From positions 248,001-312,000 of the forward strand of contig NW_027272031.1 of NCBI RefSeq assembly GCF_040938485.1: 64,000 bases of DNA, given 5' to 3'. This stretch comes from Diadema antillarum. Taxonomy: Eukaryota. The translations under genes were made by a program, and so were the position numbers. The notes beneath the pieces are model-generated. The model made no database searches. It saw only the letters and a list, made by a program, of their open reading frames with translations, and was not told the DNA's origin. Each line of letters begins with the position of its first letter. Position 1 is the first letter of the stretch. This document shows, in pieces, positions 22,514-35,078 of the stretch.

Positions 22514-23822
22514 CTAAACAAAAAAGAAGTGAATTTCATTTCCGTAGGGAAAACTGCATTTTTGATGTTTCTGACTCAAATATGTCAATACAAACAGGGT
22601 GGGTTATCCAAACACTTTTTTACATTGTTTCATGACAAACAACAACAACAACAACAGTTTAACAATACGACACTTATGTGTGACATATACAGTACTCTTC
22701 AAGACATAAAGTGGCATAAGAACAGCAACAGTAAGAATGATTACTTCTTTAGAAAGATGGATTTTAGTACAAAAAGAATACATGAATACAAGAAAGAGCA
22801 GAAACAATATTGCCATTCATTACGTAAAAAGTGAGGAGTATATAGATTTTACTAGCACTTCGTTGCAGCAGAAGCAGATGCCCTATCTTAACTTTTGGTA
22901 TTATTTGCATCATATACAAGGAATGCTACTTTTGCTGACAGACTCAAAACAGCCTTCTATTTTGTCAGTTCTATCTCTTTCTCTTCTTTTTCCCCTTGCA
23001 AACCACTGGGAGCATAATGCCTTTGTACAGTATTTTTTTTTGAAAGCTGCACACTACAGCATACCACTATTTTATGTAGTAAAGTGAATTAAGCCAGCCT
23101 TTCACTCTTATTGAAGAAGAAAGAAACTTTTAATTTCTATAAAAATGTATGAAAATTGTACATTTAAAAACTTAATTTGATTTGTAGCTACATGTATTCA
23201 TGTATGCATGTACCTGACTAAATATGTCACAGAATCACTAAAGACAATCAATATCCAGGAAAAGAAGATTACATCTCAAAAGCTGGCTTTTCCTTTGAAC
23301 CACTTTTATCAAATTGCATTCAATTTGTCTCTTTTTTTCTGCAGAGATATTTCATCTTGTGAAGATCACTGTTCTTAACATGTGTAACAAGTAATATCCA
23401 TTTTCTTTCCAGCATAAAAATGGAAATATTTTGAAATATCTAAACTAACTTCATTATCATCTTAATCTTCCAATTAAACTTTTGAGATTAAAATCAAAAC
23501 GAAACCTGTGATCACATTATGACATGAATCATCAGGTTGTGTTTTTTTTTTCTATATAATCCAATCTTCACTGCAATCGTGAAATTTGACCAAACAAATT
23601 AAGTTTACCACTTATTTGTAAATATGACAGATGTGTGTATAAAAAAAAATAAAACTTTAAAGGAAGCTCACACCACTATACTGTTTCATATGATGAAATG
23701 TGCTTCTATATGACTTTCTTATCATGGACACTTTTCTAACCTATTCTCTATTTTGTATCACGATGGCCTAAAGTTGGTAGAATTTTGAGGTAACAAAACA
23801 GACGGTCATACTTGGTTAATAC

Positions 23823-23849
23823 TTGGACGGCACAAGGCGGAATGCAGGA
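23823..23849 (-). CDS. Candidate 27-nt microexon (VLHSALCRP in phase 1)
   Basis: Acceptor ccttttaccttctgttctttgttag, donor gtatta; GC-rich, frame-preserving, no stop. Confidence 0.3.
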
Positions 23850-24821
23850 CTAACAAAGAACAGAAGGTAAAAGGTTACTACAGTAGGTTGGCATGGATGC
23901 AAACTTTAAAACATGCATGTAGATTACAAAAGCAGAGCTGTGAATAATGAACACAAGTAATCAAACTCATTCTGCAGTGTTTCAAGTCGTGTATACGGCT
24001 CTTGATTGCAGCGCCGTTGAAATCGTTTGACCCCGTTTTTTAATGGAAAAATGAGAACACTTTGGTGAGGGACATATTTGGCGGTGATGTGAGTCATTTG
24101 TGTTCACATTAGATGGATGATTTTTTTTTTTTTTTTAAAGGATAATAAAACCAAGTCTGGTTGTTCCATTGCCAGCATCAGCTCTGCTAGATATGAAAGT
24201 ATCTCTTGGTGCTTGAGTCTAGATGCATCTGAGATTTTTTTGGAGTAATTGTATCCACGCTCAAAGTGGATTTATGGAGTGACCTCTTAGAGAATGCTTC
24301 CCTTGCACTATTCTGTCTTAAATTTCATATTTTTTGTTATGGTATTGGTAACCCTGCTATGACTGTGCTAATTTCTCAAGTGTGAACGGCGACTGAAATA
24401 TGATGTTTTGTGCTTCAGTCTCACGTGGTTATCGCGCCTCATGACTTTCCATACATAAATGAATGAATGCAACACAGGAGAATCCTGCTATGTTATAGAG
24501 ATCAGTCTCTAGACTTGATAAACATATTCATACTGATTTCATGGGGGGGGGGGGGAAATCAGTTTTCAGCGAAGGAGGGTAGCAAAATACAAGCAGCATT
24601 TCAGCTAACTTTCATGACAGGGCATCCAAATGATTTTGTGCCACCCAAATAATCACTAGGTGGATTGGATAGTGACACAGTAAAGGCTCTGCAATATTAG
24701 GAAACTCTGTTTCAAATGAGTCTATAAAAAAAACAAGGCAATCGCCAAATTGTGTCTCGCCCATTCGCGTACAAGGAATTAATATTTTTTATAACTCCCA
24801 GAAGTTAATTGACCTGCTTAT

Positions 24822-25340
24822 GACCTTTGATCTTGTGGTGACCTTGAACACCCTAAGGGACATTTACCATCCAAGTTTGGTCACAAACGGACAAAGGGAT
24901 CAAAAGTAATGAGCCGTAATCGAAACGCGCCATAAAAACTTAACATTGGGCCCTAAAAATTTGTTTACCCCTTTCTGTGACCTTTGACCTTGTGATGACC
25001 TTTAACTCCCCAAGGGACATCTACTGTCCAAGTTTGGTCACAAACGGACATAGGGATCAAAAGTTATGAGCCACAATCAAAACGTGCCCTAAAAACATAA
25101 CATTGGGCCCTAAAAGTTTGTTGACCCCTGTCTGTGACCTTTGACCTTGTGACGACCTTCACCTCCCCAAGGGACATCTTCCATCCAAGTTTGGTCACAA
25201 ACGGACAAAGGGATCAAAAGTTATGAGCCATAAACGAAATGCGCCCAAAAACTTAACATTGGGCCCTAAAAGTTCGTTGACCCCTGTCTGTAACCTTTGA
25301 CCTTGTGGTTACCTTCAACTTCCCAAGAGACATCTACCAT
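24822..25340. repeat. Satellite A inside the HINE: ~157-bp unit, ~3.3 copies
   Basis: The gacctttgacc/aacctttgacc anchor recurs at 24822, 24979, 25136 and ~25293. Confidence 0.9.
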
Positions 25341-25342
25341 CA

Positions 25343-25920
25343 CCCAAGTTTGATTGCCATTGTAGCAACATGTGCTGAGTTACGTGTGATAAGAGTCTCG
25401 CAAGTAAACTTTAACGTATGACCTCAAATGACCTTTGACCTTAACATGTGACCTCCAACGGTACCATAACATGAAGGTACCCCCAGTGCATCCATCACCC
25501 AAGTTTGATTGCCATTGTAGCAACATGTGTTGAGTTACATGTGATAAGAGAGTCTTGCAAGTAAACTTTAACGTATGACCTCAAATGACCTTTGACCTTA
25601 TCCTGTGACCTCCAACGGTACCATAACATGAAGGTACCCCTAGTGCATCTATGACCCACGTTAGGTTGTAATCCAAGCAACTTATGTGAAGTTATTTGTC
25701 AAAAGAGAGTCTTGCAGGTAAACTTTAACATAGAAAAGAGAGTCTTGCACATACTCTTTAATATATGACCTCAAATGACCTTTGACATCATCACATGACC
25801 TCTGACAACACCATAACATGAAGATACCCCTAGTGCTTCTATCACCCAAGTGTGGCTGCCATTGCTGTAACAGTTGCCAAGTTATGCATCATAAGAGAGT
25901 CTTGCAGGTAAACTTTAACA
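25343..25920. repeat. Satellite B inside the HINE: ~155-bp unit, ~3.5 copies (last copy lengthened)
   Basis: The cccaagttt/cccacgtt anchor recurs at 25343, 25498, 25655 and 25845. Confidence 0.88.
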
Positions 25921-26447
25921 TTTGTGACGGACGATGGACGACGGACGGACGACGGACGGACGCCGTTTGGATCCCTTAGTCTCGCCTTCACCTCCAGTGG
26001 GCGAGACAAAAAAATCAATGGATAAAAAAAAGAATGCTCTGCGTGGCTACTGTGTACTTTTAATGTATGAATGTCCTGACTGAACCATTTTGTATAGCAA
26101 AGAAAACAAAATTATAAGGTACTTTCCTTTCTTCAACTTGGTGTTTTTATCGCAACTGATTCAAACCAATTTGAATTGGTATTAAAGCTGTTCATTTGAG
26201 ATTTCATGCAAATTGGTACCATGAGTATGTAAAGTCATCATTCAGTTTGATACTGACCGTTTTTCTACATTAGATCCACAAAATGTACTTGGTTTTTTCT
26301 CTCTCCCTTCTGATTTCAACTTACATTGTTCCTCTCAAAGTTGTTATAAAGGGACTAACCTTGCCTTTATTTTTTTCCCTTTCTGTTGGTTTCCAATTCT
26401 TTGGTGTACTACACCCCCATACCTGACAGTATGATCAATTCTCTATG

Positions 26448-26838
26448 TTAAAGGGATGGTACAGTATTGGTGGAAATGAGAATTGGGCTTTTAACTTTTT
26501 GCGAGATACCAAGAAAACACTTCTGATATAGTACAGAGCATATCATTTTAAGAGGAATTCAAAGTTTATTTGATGAAAATCGGGTTTGGAATGACTGAAA
26601 AATCCAAAAACAAAGTAAAACAAAGTGTTCGTAATAAAGTGTGGGTCCCACACTTTATTAGAATCACTCTTTTTTGGATATCTCAACCATTTCAAAACCA
26701 ATTTTCATCAAATAAACATTGAATTCCTCATAGAATTACATGTTCTTTCATATTTCATAAGAGGTTTCTCATTATCTCACCAAAAAAATGTTAGAAACCT
26801 GAAATTAGGTCTCAACCAAAACTATACGATCCCTCTAA
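26448..26838. mobile_element. MITE family B, Kolobok-like (~390 bp), copy 1
   Basis: ttaaagggatggtacagt ... actatacgatccctctaa; internally colinear with 30643-31032. Confidence 0.8.
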
Positions 26839-28001
26839 GTAACACCCTATGCTGTTTTTTTTTTCTCCCCCTCTTTTCTTTATTTAATTTCATCTCAAGG
26901 CAAGAATCAAGACGGCTCAAAGAGTTACATTAAAATGGATGAAATATTTGCTTGGTACTTCTGCCTGGATTTTAGTAGGCAGAGGTCATGGTTAATATGT
27001 CAGTGTTTTTTATTTATTTATCTATTTTTTTGACTGACTTTATAGCTGCAGGCTGTTGTCTCAGATAGCTATGGGAACTGTGCTGAGCAGTATGACACAT
27101 CATCACTGTATCAATATTTTGAGTACTTATCGTGAAATATAATGATTTCTGAAGGACGGTCTATCTTGGAGTCCTCATTGATTAATAGCCATTGACACTG
27201 ATGTAGAAAAATATTTTTGCAAAATGTCAAAATGTCAAAATGGAATTCAGGTTAGTGTAAGAGAGGCATTAGGTTTTTGGCAAAATAAACTATGACCATT
27301 CTAAATAATCCCTGGGTACATCCGGACGTATCTATCAAAATCACAACTAAGTGATTCCTGATTGATGTTGACATATTAATGACTCAATCTAAATACATCT
27401 TATCATCTAAACCAATAGAATAACAGCATTGCAGGAAAGAAGCAAGTGTAGCTTTCAAAGATTACAGACTTTCCAAAACTCAAAGACAACAGCTTAATGT
27501 GTCAAGAAGCATAAGAAGACCGTCAGAAGAAGTGTAGGATAAGATTATTGTTGTTGTTGTTTTCAAAACAGCATTGTATTGGTAAAGCAAGAATAAGAAG
27601 ACTTTGAAAGGGTTCTGAAAATGCATATGGTTAGGTGTTAGAAAACCAGGGAGCTTTCACATTAACATTTAATCCCCAGCTAGCACAAGCATCAAGAAGT
27701 TTATGTTTAATAATCACCTAAAGCATTTCAGCAAAAGATGACCAAATCAAAGATTACTCATCAGAGCATAAATGACAAAATGTCGACCAAATATCTCAAT
27801 GGACATTGCAAATCATCTCAAAACCATGTGAAAAGTTTCATTATGACACCAGTTCATTCACACGAGATTTAAGTGGCAATGTGAAAGCTACCAGCAGCAT
27901 GTCAGTAACTAGCAGTTAATTACTGCAAAGGTTAGGAGGGTTAGTTGAAGAAGTTGAAGTATTAAAGCAGCTTTGCAGATGAGTGCATTGTTTGGGCATA
28001 C

Positions 28002-28100
28002 CTTCCATCGCCTCATCTACTATCAAGTCCTTCCCTTGCTCTTCCAAAATCTCCTCAAATGAGGGAACCTGGGCTTGCCTTAGGAGAATAACGCCCTCAT
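28002..28100 (-). CDS. PPP1R9A: Neurabin exon: (D)EGVILLRQAQVPSFEEILEEQGKDLIVDEAME
   Basis: Acceptor ttctttcctgttttag, donor gtatgc; 99 nt, phase 1>1, open frame. Confidence 0.7.
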
Positions 28101-28344
28101 CTAAAACAGGAAAGAATCATTTTCGTGTTTTTCAATTGCTTTGCAAAAAAATCATTTCAGAAAATGCATGCAGGACAAAGATGCAGTGTGATTCTTCCCT
28201 CAATTGCAGCATTACCTTTAGCAATGGCAGAATTACAGAGTGGTTCAACCGTGGCTAAGAAAAATGTTGAAAAAGGCGGTGATTTACTGGAAAACCCTGT
28301 TATTCAGTGTATGTGATGTAGAAGTATTTCATAGATGGCATTCA

Positions 28345-28575
28345 TGATGATAATGATGATGACGATGACAACAATTGAGGTGGTGGTGGTAACAGAAAAG
28401 ATGATGATGGTGATGATAAAGGTGATGAAATGAAGACGATGATGGCAGTGGTGATAGTGGTAGTGTTAAAGATGACAGTAACAATAAAGATGTACAAATC
28501 ATGAAATTAATAATGGAAATGATGAGGGTGACAATGAAGATGATGAAGATGGTCAAAGAGGTGGTGGTGCTGGTG
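28345..28575. repeat. Degenerate (GAT/GGT)n low-complexity tract
   Basis: Read directly from the sequence. Confidence 0.8.
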
Positions 28576-29361
28576 TAACATACACTGTATGACATATGAC
28601 AGTAGAATTAATAAACATGTAATTTTAAAGAAAGTGTTTTTGCTCAAAAATGTGTAATGCTAATCAATCCCCCCACAAAAATAAAATTAAATAATACAAA
28701 AATGATGCATGTTTTAACAAAATCATATATGTGATTCAATCCAAGACTTTCAATGTGAGATGCATGATACTTATTGAAAGAATGACATGGTTGTACACGA
28801 TATGCAGCATCAAAAGATATATTTGTAATGAGCAGGAATGCAAGCAAGAAAAGTAAATATCACACTTTCTACTTCGGAACTACAAAGCAACCCTTCATAT
28901 GCAATTTTCACATTTTCTTCCTTCAAAGGGCATGCTACATACAAGTTTACTGCCCACTGTGGGTCTCAACATTTTTTTTTTTTCTAAAAATGAGAGTATA
29001 ATTAGATTCTCCTGTTGACCTTTATGGATCACACTGTATTCACGACTGATTTTACAGCACAGGTAATCCTCAATTATCCCGTTTTTACTCTGTTTACCTC
29101 TTAGTAAAGTCTTTTCTGCAGTCAACTGATTTTATCCAGCAGTAATCCCTAGGTAAATCTATTACGGGTACCTAGAAAGTGCTGGATTACTGACACATTA
29201 TGTTGGCTGAATACTAAGAAGGCACCTCAAGGGTTGAACTGTAGTTCTTCCATGTCCACTACAAAAAAACTTTAAACAAAATAATTGCTGAAAGAGCAAG
29301 GTTGCATATTGAAAGTGTACATTCTTATAAGGATACTAGCAACACAAGATTTATCAGGACT

Positions 29362-29908
29362 TTAAGGAAAATGTAACCCACATGTACATGTGGATTGAGT
29401 GAATGCAGTAATATTAGTAGAACACATTGGTGAAAGTTCAAGGGAAATCAGACAATCCATCAAAAATGTATGAATTTTTCAAGTTTTGGTGCTGCCATCG
29501 CTGGATAAGAAGACTACTACAGATCGTGATGTCACATATGGAAAAGGATTTCACAAAAATTCACATTTTATGGAAAGTATGTATTCCCTCAACTTGTTAC
29601 TGACGTATGTTGAGGGTAATATTATTCCCCCTGCTTTCTGCAAGAGGAAAGTCAAGTGCTCTCTTTCATGTGCTAGAAATGTGAATATATGTTGCGTTTT
29701 CTTTACATTTTCTTTAAATGATATCCACATGTGATGTCACAAACTGTACTAGATGCCTCATCAAGCAATGATGGCACCAAAATTTTTAGAATATATTACA
29801 TTTGAATGGATTGATTGATTTTCCTAAAACTTTCAACTGGTGTGTTCTAATAATTTGCTGCATTCATTCAATCTACATATGTATATTTGGGTTTCATTCA
29901 CCTTTGAA
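29362..29908. mobile_element. MITE family A, diverged copy
   Basis: Shares the atgtggattgagtgaatgca..aatattagtagaacac and tgacgtatgttgagggtaatattattcccc blocks with 15397-15962; termini are degenerate. Confidence 0.7.
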
Positions 29909-30642
29909 AAGTGAACTAAAAATAAACATCATGGAGTCACTCACATATATCATGCATGCATTGGATTCCAAATTATTTCATGAAAAGATAATATTGCAGA
30001 AAGGAAGAGACTGAATGATTTATGAAACAACAAACATGTTCTGAATTGTTGTTTTTTTAAGTGGATGACTTAAGAAGATGGTGAAAGTGAACATCATTTT
30101 TTTTTTTACATCTGTGAATACATTTTAAAGACCAAAGCTGTCCATTTATTAGACATTTTTAGCTGTATTATGCTAAAAATAATGACATTATCAATGAAGC
30201 CAAGAAATGCAGCAGCTTTGCTACTCCGCACAATTTTTTTCTTTTTCTTTTTTTGCCATAATTGCACAAAGTCAAATTAAGCTATTAAAAACAAGGCACA
30301 CTACAGAGCCAACAATTCTAATTCTGAGCATAAAGCAAATTTCACTATTTGAAAAGAAAAGGATATTTAAGGGAAAATGCATAGATTGCAATTAGCTGGG
30401 ATGACAATCATTGATCTTTGTTGTTCAAATCTCAAAAAAGACTAACAACAAAAAATATTAAGAAGATCAATTTCTTGATTACTTGGCAGTATATTTGATA
30501 TTGACAAACGAACTAAGAGCAAGACTAGGTGAGGCTATCTAAAAAGTGATTATCTAATGAGGTAAATTGTGATAAAATGGTGCAAAACAAAATGAGTATT
30601 CTTCCCCTGGCCCAAAGTCAGGGAACATTTTTTTTTTTCATT

Positions 30643-31032
30643 TTAAAGGGATAGTACAGTTTTGGTTGAGATGAGAAATAGGCTTTCGAATTTTTGCAAG
30701 ATACCAAGAAAACACTTATGATATAGCACAGAGCATACCATTTTAAGAGGAATTCAAAGTTTATTTGATGAGAATCGGGTTTGGAATAACTGAAACATCC
30801 AAAAACAAAGTAAAACAAAGCGATCGTTACAAAGTGTGGGTCCCACACTTTATTAGAATCGTTCTTTTTTGGATATCTCAGCCATTTCAAAACCAATTTT
30901 TATCAAATAAACGTTGAATTCCTCATAAAATTGCATGCTCTTTCATATTTCATATGAGATTTCTCATTATCTCACCTAAATATGTTAGAAACCTGAAATT
31001 AGGTCTCAACCAGAACTGTACGATCCCTTTAA
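30643..31032. mobile_element. MITE family B, Kolobok-like (~390 bp), copy 2
   Basis: TIRs ttaaagggatagtacagttttggttgaga and tctcaaccagaactgtacgatccctttaa, with TTAA at both ends. Confidence 0.85.
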
Positions 31033-31267
31033 GACTGATACAAATTTTCACTGGATTATGAACAAACTGTGAATGAAAGATGACTACTTAGACAAAGGGT
31101 CGCAGTGCAGATCACTATTTTAGCAGTTTTTTTTTAAAACTTTGATGATTAATGGTTTCTGATATACCACAGGGATCGTTACCATTGGGAAACCAAAGTG
31201 TGTGAGTGCAAGGAGACACAGAGTGAGACCATTATATGCAAGACAGAAGTTAAAAAGGCAAACCAAC

Positions 31268-31385
31268 CTCCGTTATCTGGGGAGCTTGACGGGGAATCCC
31301 CCACTATGGACACGCCCATTGACGTCTGGCCCCAGCCATTGGTCAGTTTACTCTGGTTGCTGACTGATGATTCCAACTCTTGTAT
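31268..31385 (-). CDS. PPP1R9A: Neurabin exon: IQELESSVSNQSKLTNGWGQTSMGVSIVGDSPSSSPDNG
   Basis: Acceptor ttttaccccctccag, donor gttggt; 118 nt, phase 0>1. IQELE corresponds to the spinophilin ISELE end of the coiled coil. Confidence 0.8.
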
Positions 31386-31489
31386 CTGGAGGGGGTAAAA
31401 CATGAGAAGTGGGGACGTTATCTCAAATTTGTCATCTTGGCATATCTCACCAACCATATAAAGTGAATGACATCTTCTCAGTCACGAAG

Positions 31490-31860
31490 ATGTATCCACA
31501 ACGTCTCCAATAGGTCGCCAATGGGTCTCCACAAAGTCCTGGAGACTTCTTGGAGACCTGGCAAATAAAATTAGTCTCCGTGAATTGACCGTGACTAGGA
31601 GACGTTGGGGAGACATTGCGGAGACATCGTGGAGACATCGTGGAGACATCGTGGAGACATCTCCACGACCAGCTGGAGACTGGAAAGAGTCTCCCAAAAA
31701 CTTGCACACATTTGATTTTTTGTGACTCCCTGGAGATTTAGCTACATTCCAGGAGACATCGCCGAGACATTGTGGACACGTCTTTGCAACTACAACGCAA
31801 CCACAGAGACTCGAGTTGTCACCAGGTCGCCAACTATTCTGTAGCCCAATGAGATACCCA
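31490..31860. repeat. GGAGAC/GTCTCC-rich element with an 11-bp tandem (ggagacatcgt); probable TIR-transposon remnant
   Basis: About 16 GAGAC/GTCTC motifs in both orientations within ~310 bp. Confidence 0.55.
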
Positions 31861-32013
31861 CTGTACTACGGTGGGTAGCAAATCAAGATCGGTTCACTCA
31901 AAGAACCATAATATCTGGCGATCTGTTCCCCTGCAACTCTTAATCCATTGCCTACAGGTACATGGTACAACTGTACATGGCAAGTCTGGTTAAAGGATCT
32001 CCTGGAGAGTAGG

Positions 32014-32107
32014 TTAACCCCGTTAAGGACGAGTCCAAAGTATGCTCAGGCAAGCGTCTATAGGAAATGCGTGTTGTAGCAAAATCAAACCGTCCTCAAC
32101 GGGTTAA
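32014..32107. mobile_element. piggyBac-like mini-MITE, copy 2
   Basis: TTAA-ccccgttaaggacg ... cgtcctcaacggg-TTAA. Confidence 0.8.
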
Positions 32108-33059
32108 AGGAATCATGGAATGATTACGAGATTGAGGAGTCTTTTTATCTTTAAAAGCAGAGGTCCAGTAGTTACAAAGAGTGGTTTACATCAGAAGCAA
32201 GCAATTAGCTTCACCATCCACAAATATTTTGCAAGAAAAAATGGAGTTGTGGATCCAATTGTGACTGTTATTCATGTAAAAAAAAAAAAGACATTTCAAA
32301 GGTGACATTTTGTTTGAAACTCATTTCAAGCAAGTCATGCAGGATGGTCAGATGGACAAATGAAACAGATGACATAAATCTCTTTAAGGAGGTTCCTTCG
32401 TCTTTCTTGGCGTTTTTTCAAATAAACATCGCTATCCGGTATCTCTCAGCACATGCTCACGCATTGATTCAATTTATTCTGTAAACAATCGGTCCCTTTA
32501 TTAGGTTAAGTGAGACAAAAAGACCTCGCTTTTTGTGTGACTGAATGTTTTCGTTGTTTTTTTTTCTCTCTCCCCATAGCATCCCAAGGAGAAAAGCTTT
32601 GTGAAGCCAGGAATCTAATTATTCGGCATGCCTGCAGGCTGTTGGATTTTCTCGGGAAATCACTTCAGTGTCGGTGTCGTTTCAAAGTCTCAGATCTTGG
32701 AGTGGTGTTAACTGGAATACAGCCATAGTAAGGAGATTTCTTGCATATGAAGGAAAACAAACGTGTCCAGATGAGTAGGATTAAAAGCACCTTTCCATTT
32801 GGACAGAAGAAACTTCTTAAGACAAGCGCCAAACTTGGCAGTGATCACTTTTTATTCTCTTTCTCTCTCTCTAGTCACGTTCACACAATGTTTCTAATCT
32901 TAGGGATGAGCTCGACGTTTCAAACTGTCATGATTAGCTCGAGGTTTAGGCCAGTGCAGATGCACTCAAAAGTTTGCAATCTTAAAGTTTAATCGATGAT
33001 TACAACCACAAGATTTCTTAGGATTTATGTTCTATCCACAAGCCTGGGGGGTTCCCACT

Positions 33060-33700
33060 TGTAGATTATCGTCACGTGGACACAATAATAAAAAACTCAA
33101 AAGCTAGCATGATGTTTCCGTGAACCCCATTCCCCCTTAGCTTCCGGGTCAACTTCAAGGATGTGTTGTCCACATACTACATCGGCGCATATTATCACGT
33201 TCATCGCGACACTGCATGCATGTATTTCTTCTGGATCTATGGTTTCATCTTTGAGTGCACCTCTCCTCAACGGTTTAATGTTGATTATAAAATGGGTTCA
33301 AGAATGTAGCCAATTGGAAGCGCTGAAATGAGTCACGTGTGCGTGCATTAATTTCTCACTAACATGCACGGCCTGACGTTACAATAGTTACACTAGCAGT
33401 GCGCACTCAATCAGTTGCTACAAATGCGTCGCGCGCTACTATACGCGCTGTCAATCCTGTAAACAACTTCTAGTCCGGGCTGCTGCCAGCCGGCCTTTCT
33501 TGTGCATACATGTGGCGCACATATACTCTTATACGTACACATCTCACAGTATTTATATGTGCGGGATTTCCGAGTGCGACGTGCGTAATATGTTTGGGAC
33601 TCACATCTTCGGACATCTTGACTTTTTGACTTGAGCGAGTGCTACATGTAGCTGACTGGTATTGACCCACAAAGGTACGTGAAAAATGCTGTTGGTTTTC
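33060..33700. promoter_or_regulatory. CpG-rich intronic island; candidate internal promoter or enhancer
   Basis: Dense CpGs; agccaattgg 33308-33317; overlapping AP-1 and E-box motifs tgagtcacgtg 33329-33339; gtgagt donor at 33604. Confidence 0.4.
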
Positions 33701-34498
33701 GACCCATTTTATAAAACAAATGATGCACAGGATTATTTCGTGGCGTTAGTGGAGGTCCACTAACGCACTCTATCCTGTGCATCATTTGTATACTATCAGG
33801 TGTCCCGTGGACGTGCATTGTAGTTTAAAACTACAAGCTACATGTTCATGTAATTGTCAAAATCTAAAAATCTTGAAGATTTCAAACGTTGTGTGAACCC
33901 AACTTTTCTCTCTTTTTTCCATCCACACAAGGGTGGAATGCTTAATCAAGTGATATCTAAGAAGCAGATTTCTGCCACAGGATTAAGTGAACATTGAACG
34001 ACCGAGAAACCTTTGAACTAAATTCTGGCATTGATTGGTAACAGTTTACAATCCAGGAACTCATCCCTATTTCCTTCCGAATGTCTCTAACAGGTAGGGT
34101 TTTCATCCAGCATATGACAAAACAGCCCCAGATCTCTTTCAACACGGTATGTCCGAAGATGAAATTACAAAGCCCTTGTCTACAGGACATTCATCTCGGT
34201 GCACCCATGAATATCAACCCAGTAATTCATGCCACTGGAGAAGGCAACCATAACCACAATATCACTTGTTTTGATAAAATTTCAGTATCTGGAGCTGAAT
34301 TCACTAGCAAGCAACCACGTCCATGGCATGTAACCTCAGTTGGAGAAGTCATCTTACAGGATTATCTACAGGAATCTGTAGTGCCTGTGATGTATTTAAA
34401 CTATTGGTACCTGTACCGTCCGACCTCTCTTATCCGGACATGTCAGGACCGGTGCTCATCCGGATAAGGGCTATGACCAGATATGGGACACTCAATGT

Positions 34499-34588
34499 TT
34501 AACCCATTGAGGACAAGTCCTCATACTCGGGCAAGTGTCTATGGGAAATGCGTGTTGTAGCAAAATCAGCCCGTCCTCAACGGGTTAA
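34499..34588. mobile_element. piggyBac-like mini-MITE, copy 3
   Basis: TTAA-cccattgaggac ... gtcctcaacggg-TTAA. Confidence 0.8.
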
Positions 34589-35078
34589 TACACGCAGCTG
34601 TCTACCCAATGGCAGCTACATTTTGTACATGTAACCTACACACTTGTATTGCAGGTAGCAAGTACTGATTGAAGCTATTTCTTGCTTTCAGCACAAAATC
34701 ATAGGTGGGTATAATTTTTACCAAAATGAAATCAATTTGTTGTCAAACTCTTGGGAAGATTCACCTGCTTAAATATTGAGGAATGCATCAAGCAGGTCTC
34801 GAATGCATGTTATGTAGATGAAAATCTGATGTGAATGTATGTTAATTATGTTGGAAATAATATGTAATTCATATGAGTTTCTGTAGAAATTTTGTTTGAG
34901 TTTGAAATCCCCTTTTCCCAATGACTATCAGATTGAAAAAAAAAATAATGGCTATATCGGATAATAGAGAAATCCGCATAAAGGGAAGCCTGATAAGAGA
35001 GGTTGGACTGTACATATCAACAGGTAGGTGAGATGGGAGTGGGGGGGGGGGGGGGAATGGGGGGGTGGTTGAACTCAC

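Larger units (their letters stand above)
24734..26007 (-). mobile_element. Non-autonomous Helentron-derived element (HINE; DINE-1/Pearl-like)
   Basis: On the minus strand it begins in a T-run with GTCTCGCC...GGCGAGAC (subTIR plus IR, 25979-26007), then a (GTCC/GTC)n microsatellite, then internal tandem repeats. It ends with subTIR GGGCGAGAC (24754-24762), a short palindrome ggcgattgcc and CTTG into a T-run. Confidence 0.75.

Noticed and set aside
24822-25920. Regularly spaced repeats superficially like a CRISPR array
   Set aside because: The units are fully repeated with no unique spacers, there are no cas genes, and the context is a eukaryotic intron.
28329-28595. His/Ser/Ile-rich ORF
   Set aside because: Translation of a degenerate (CAT/CAC)n low-complexity tract.
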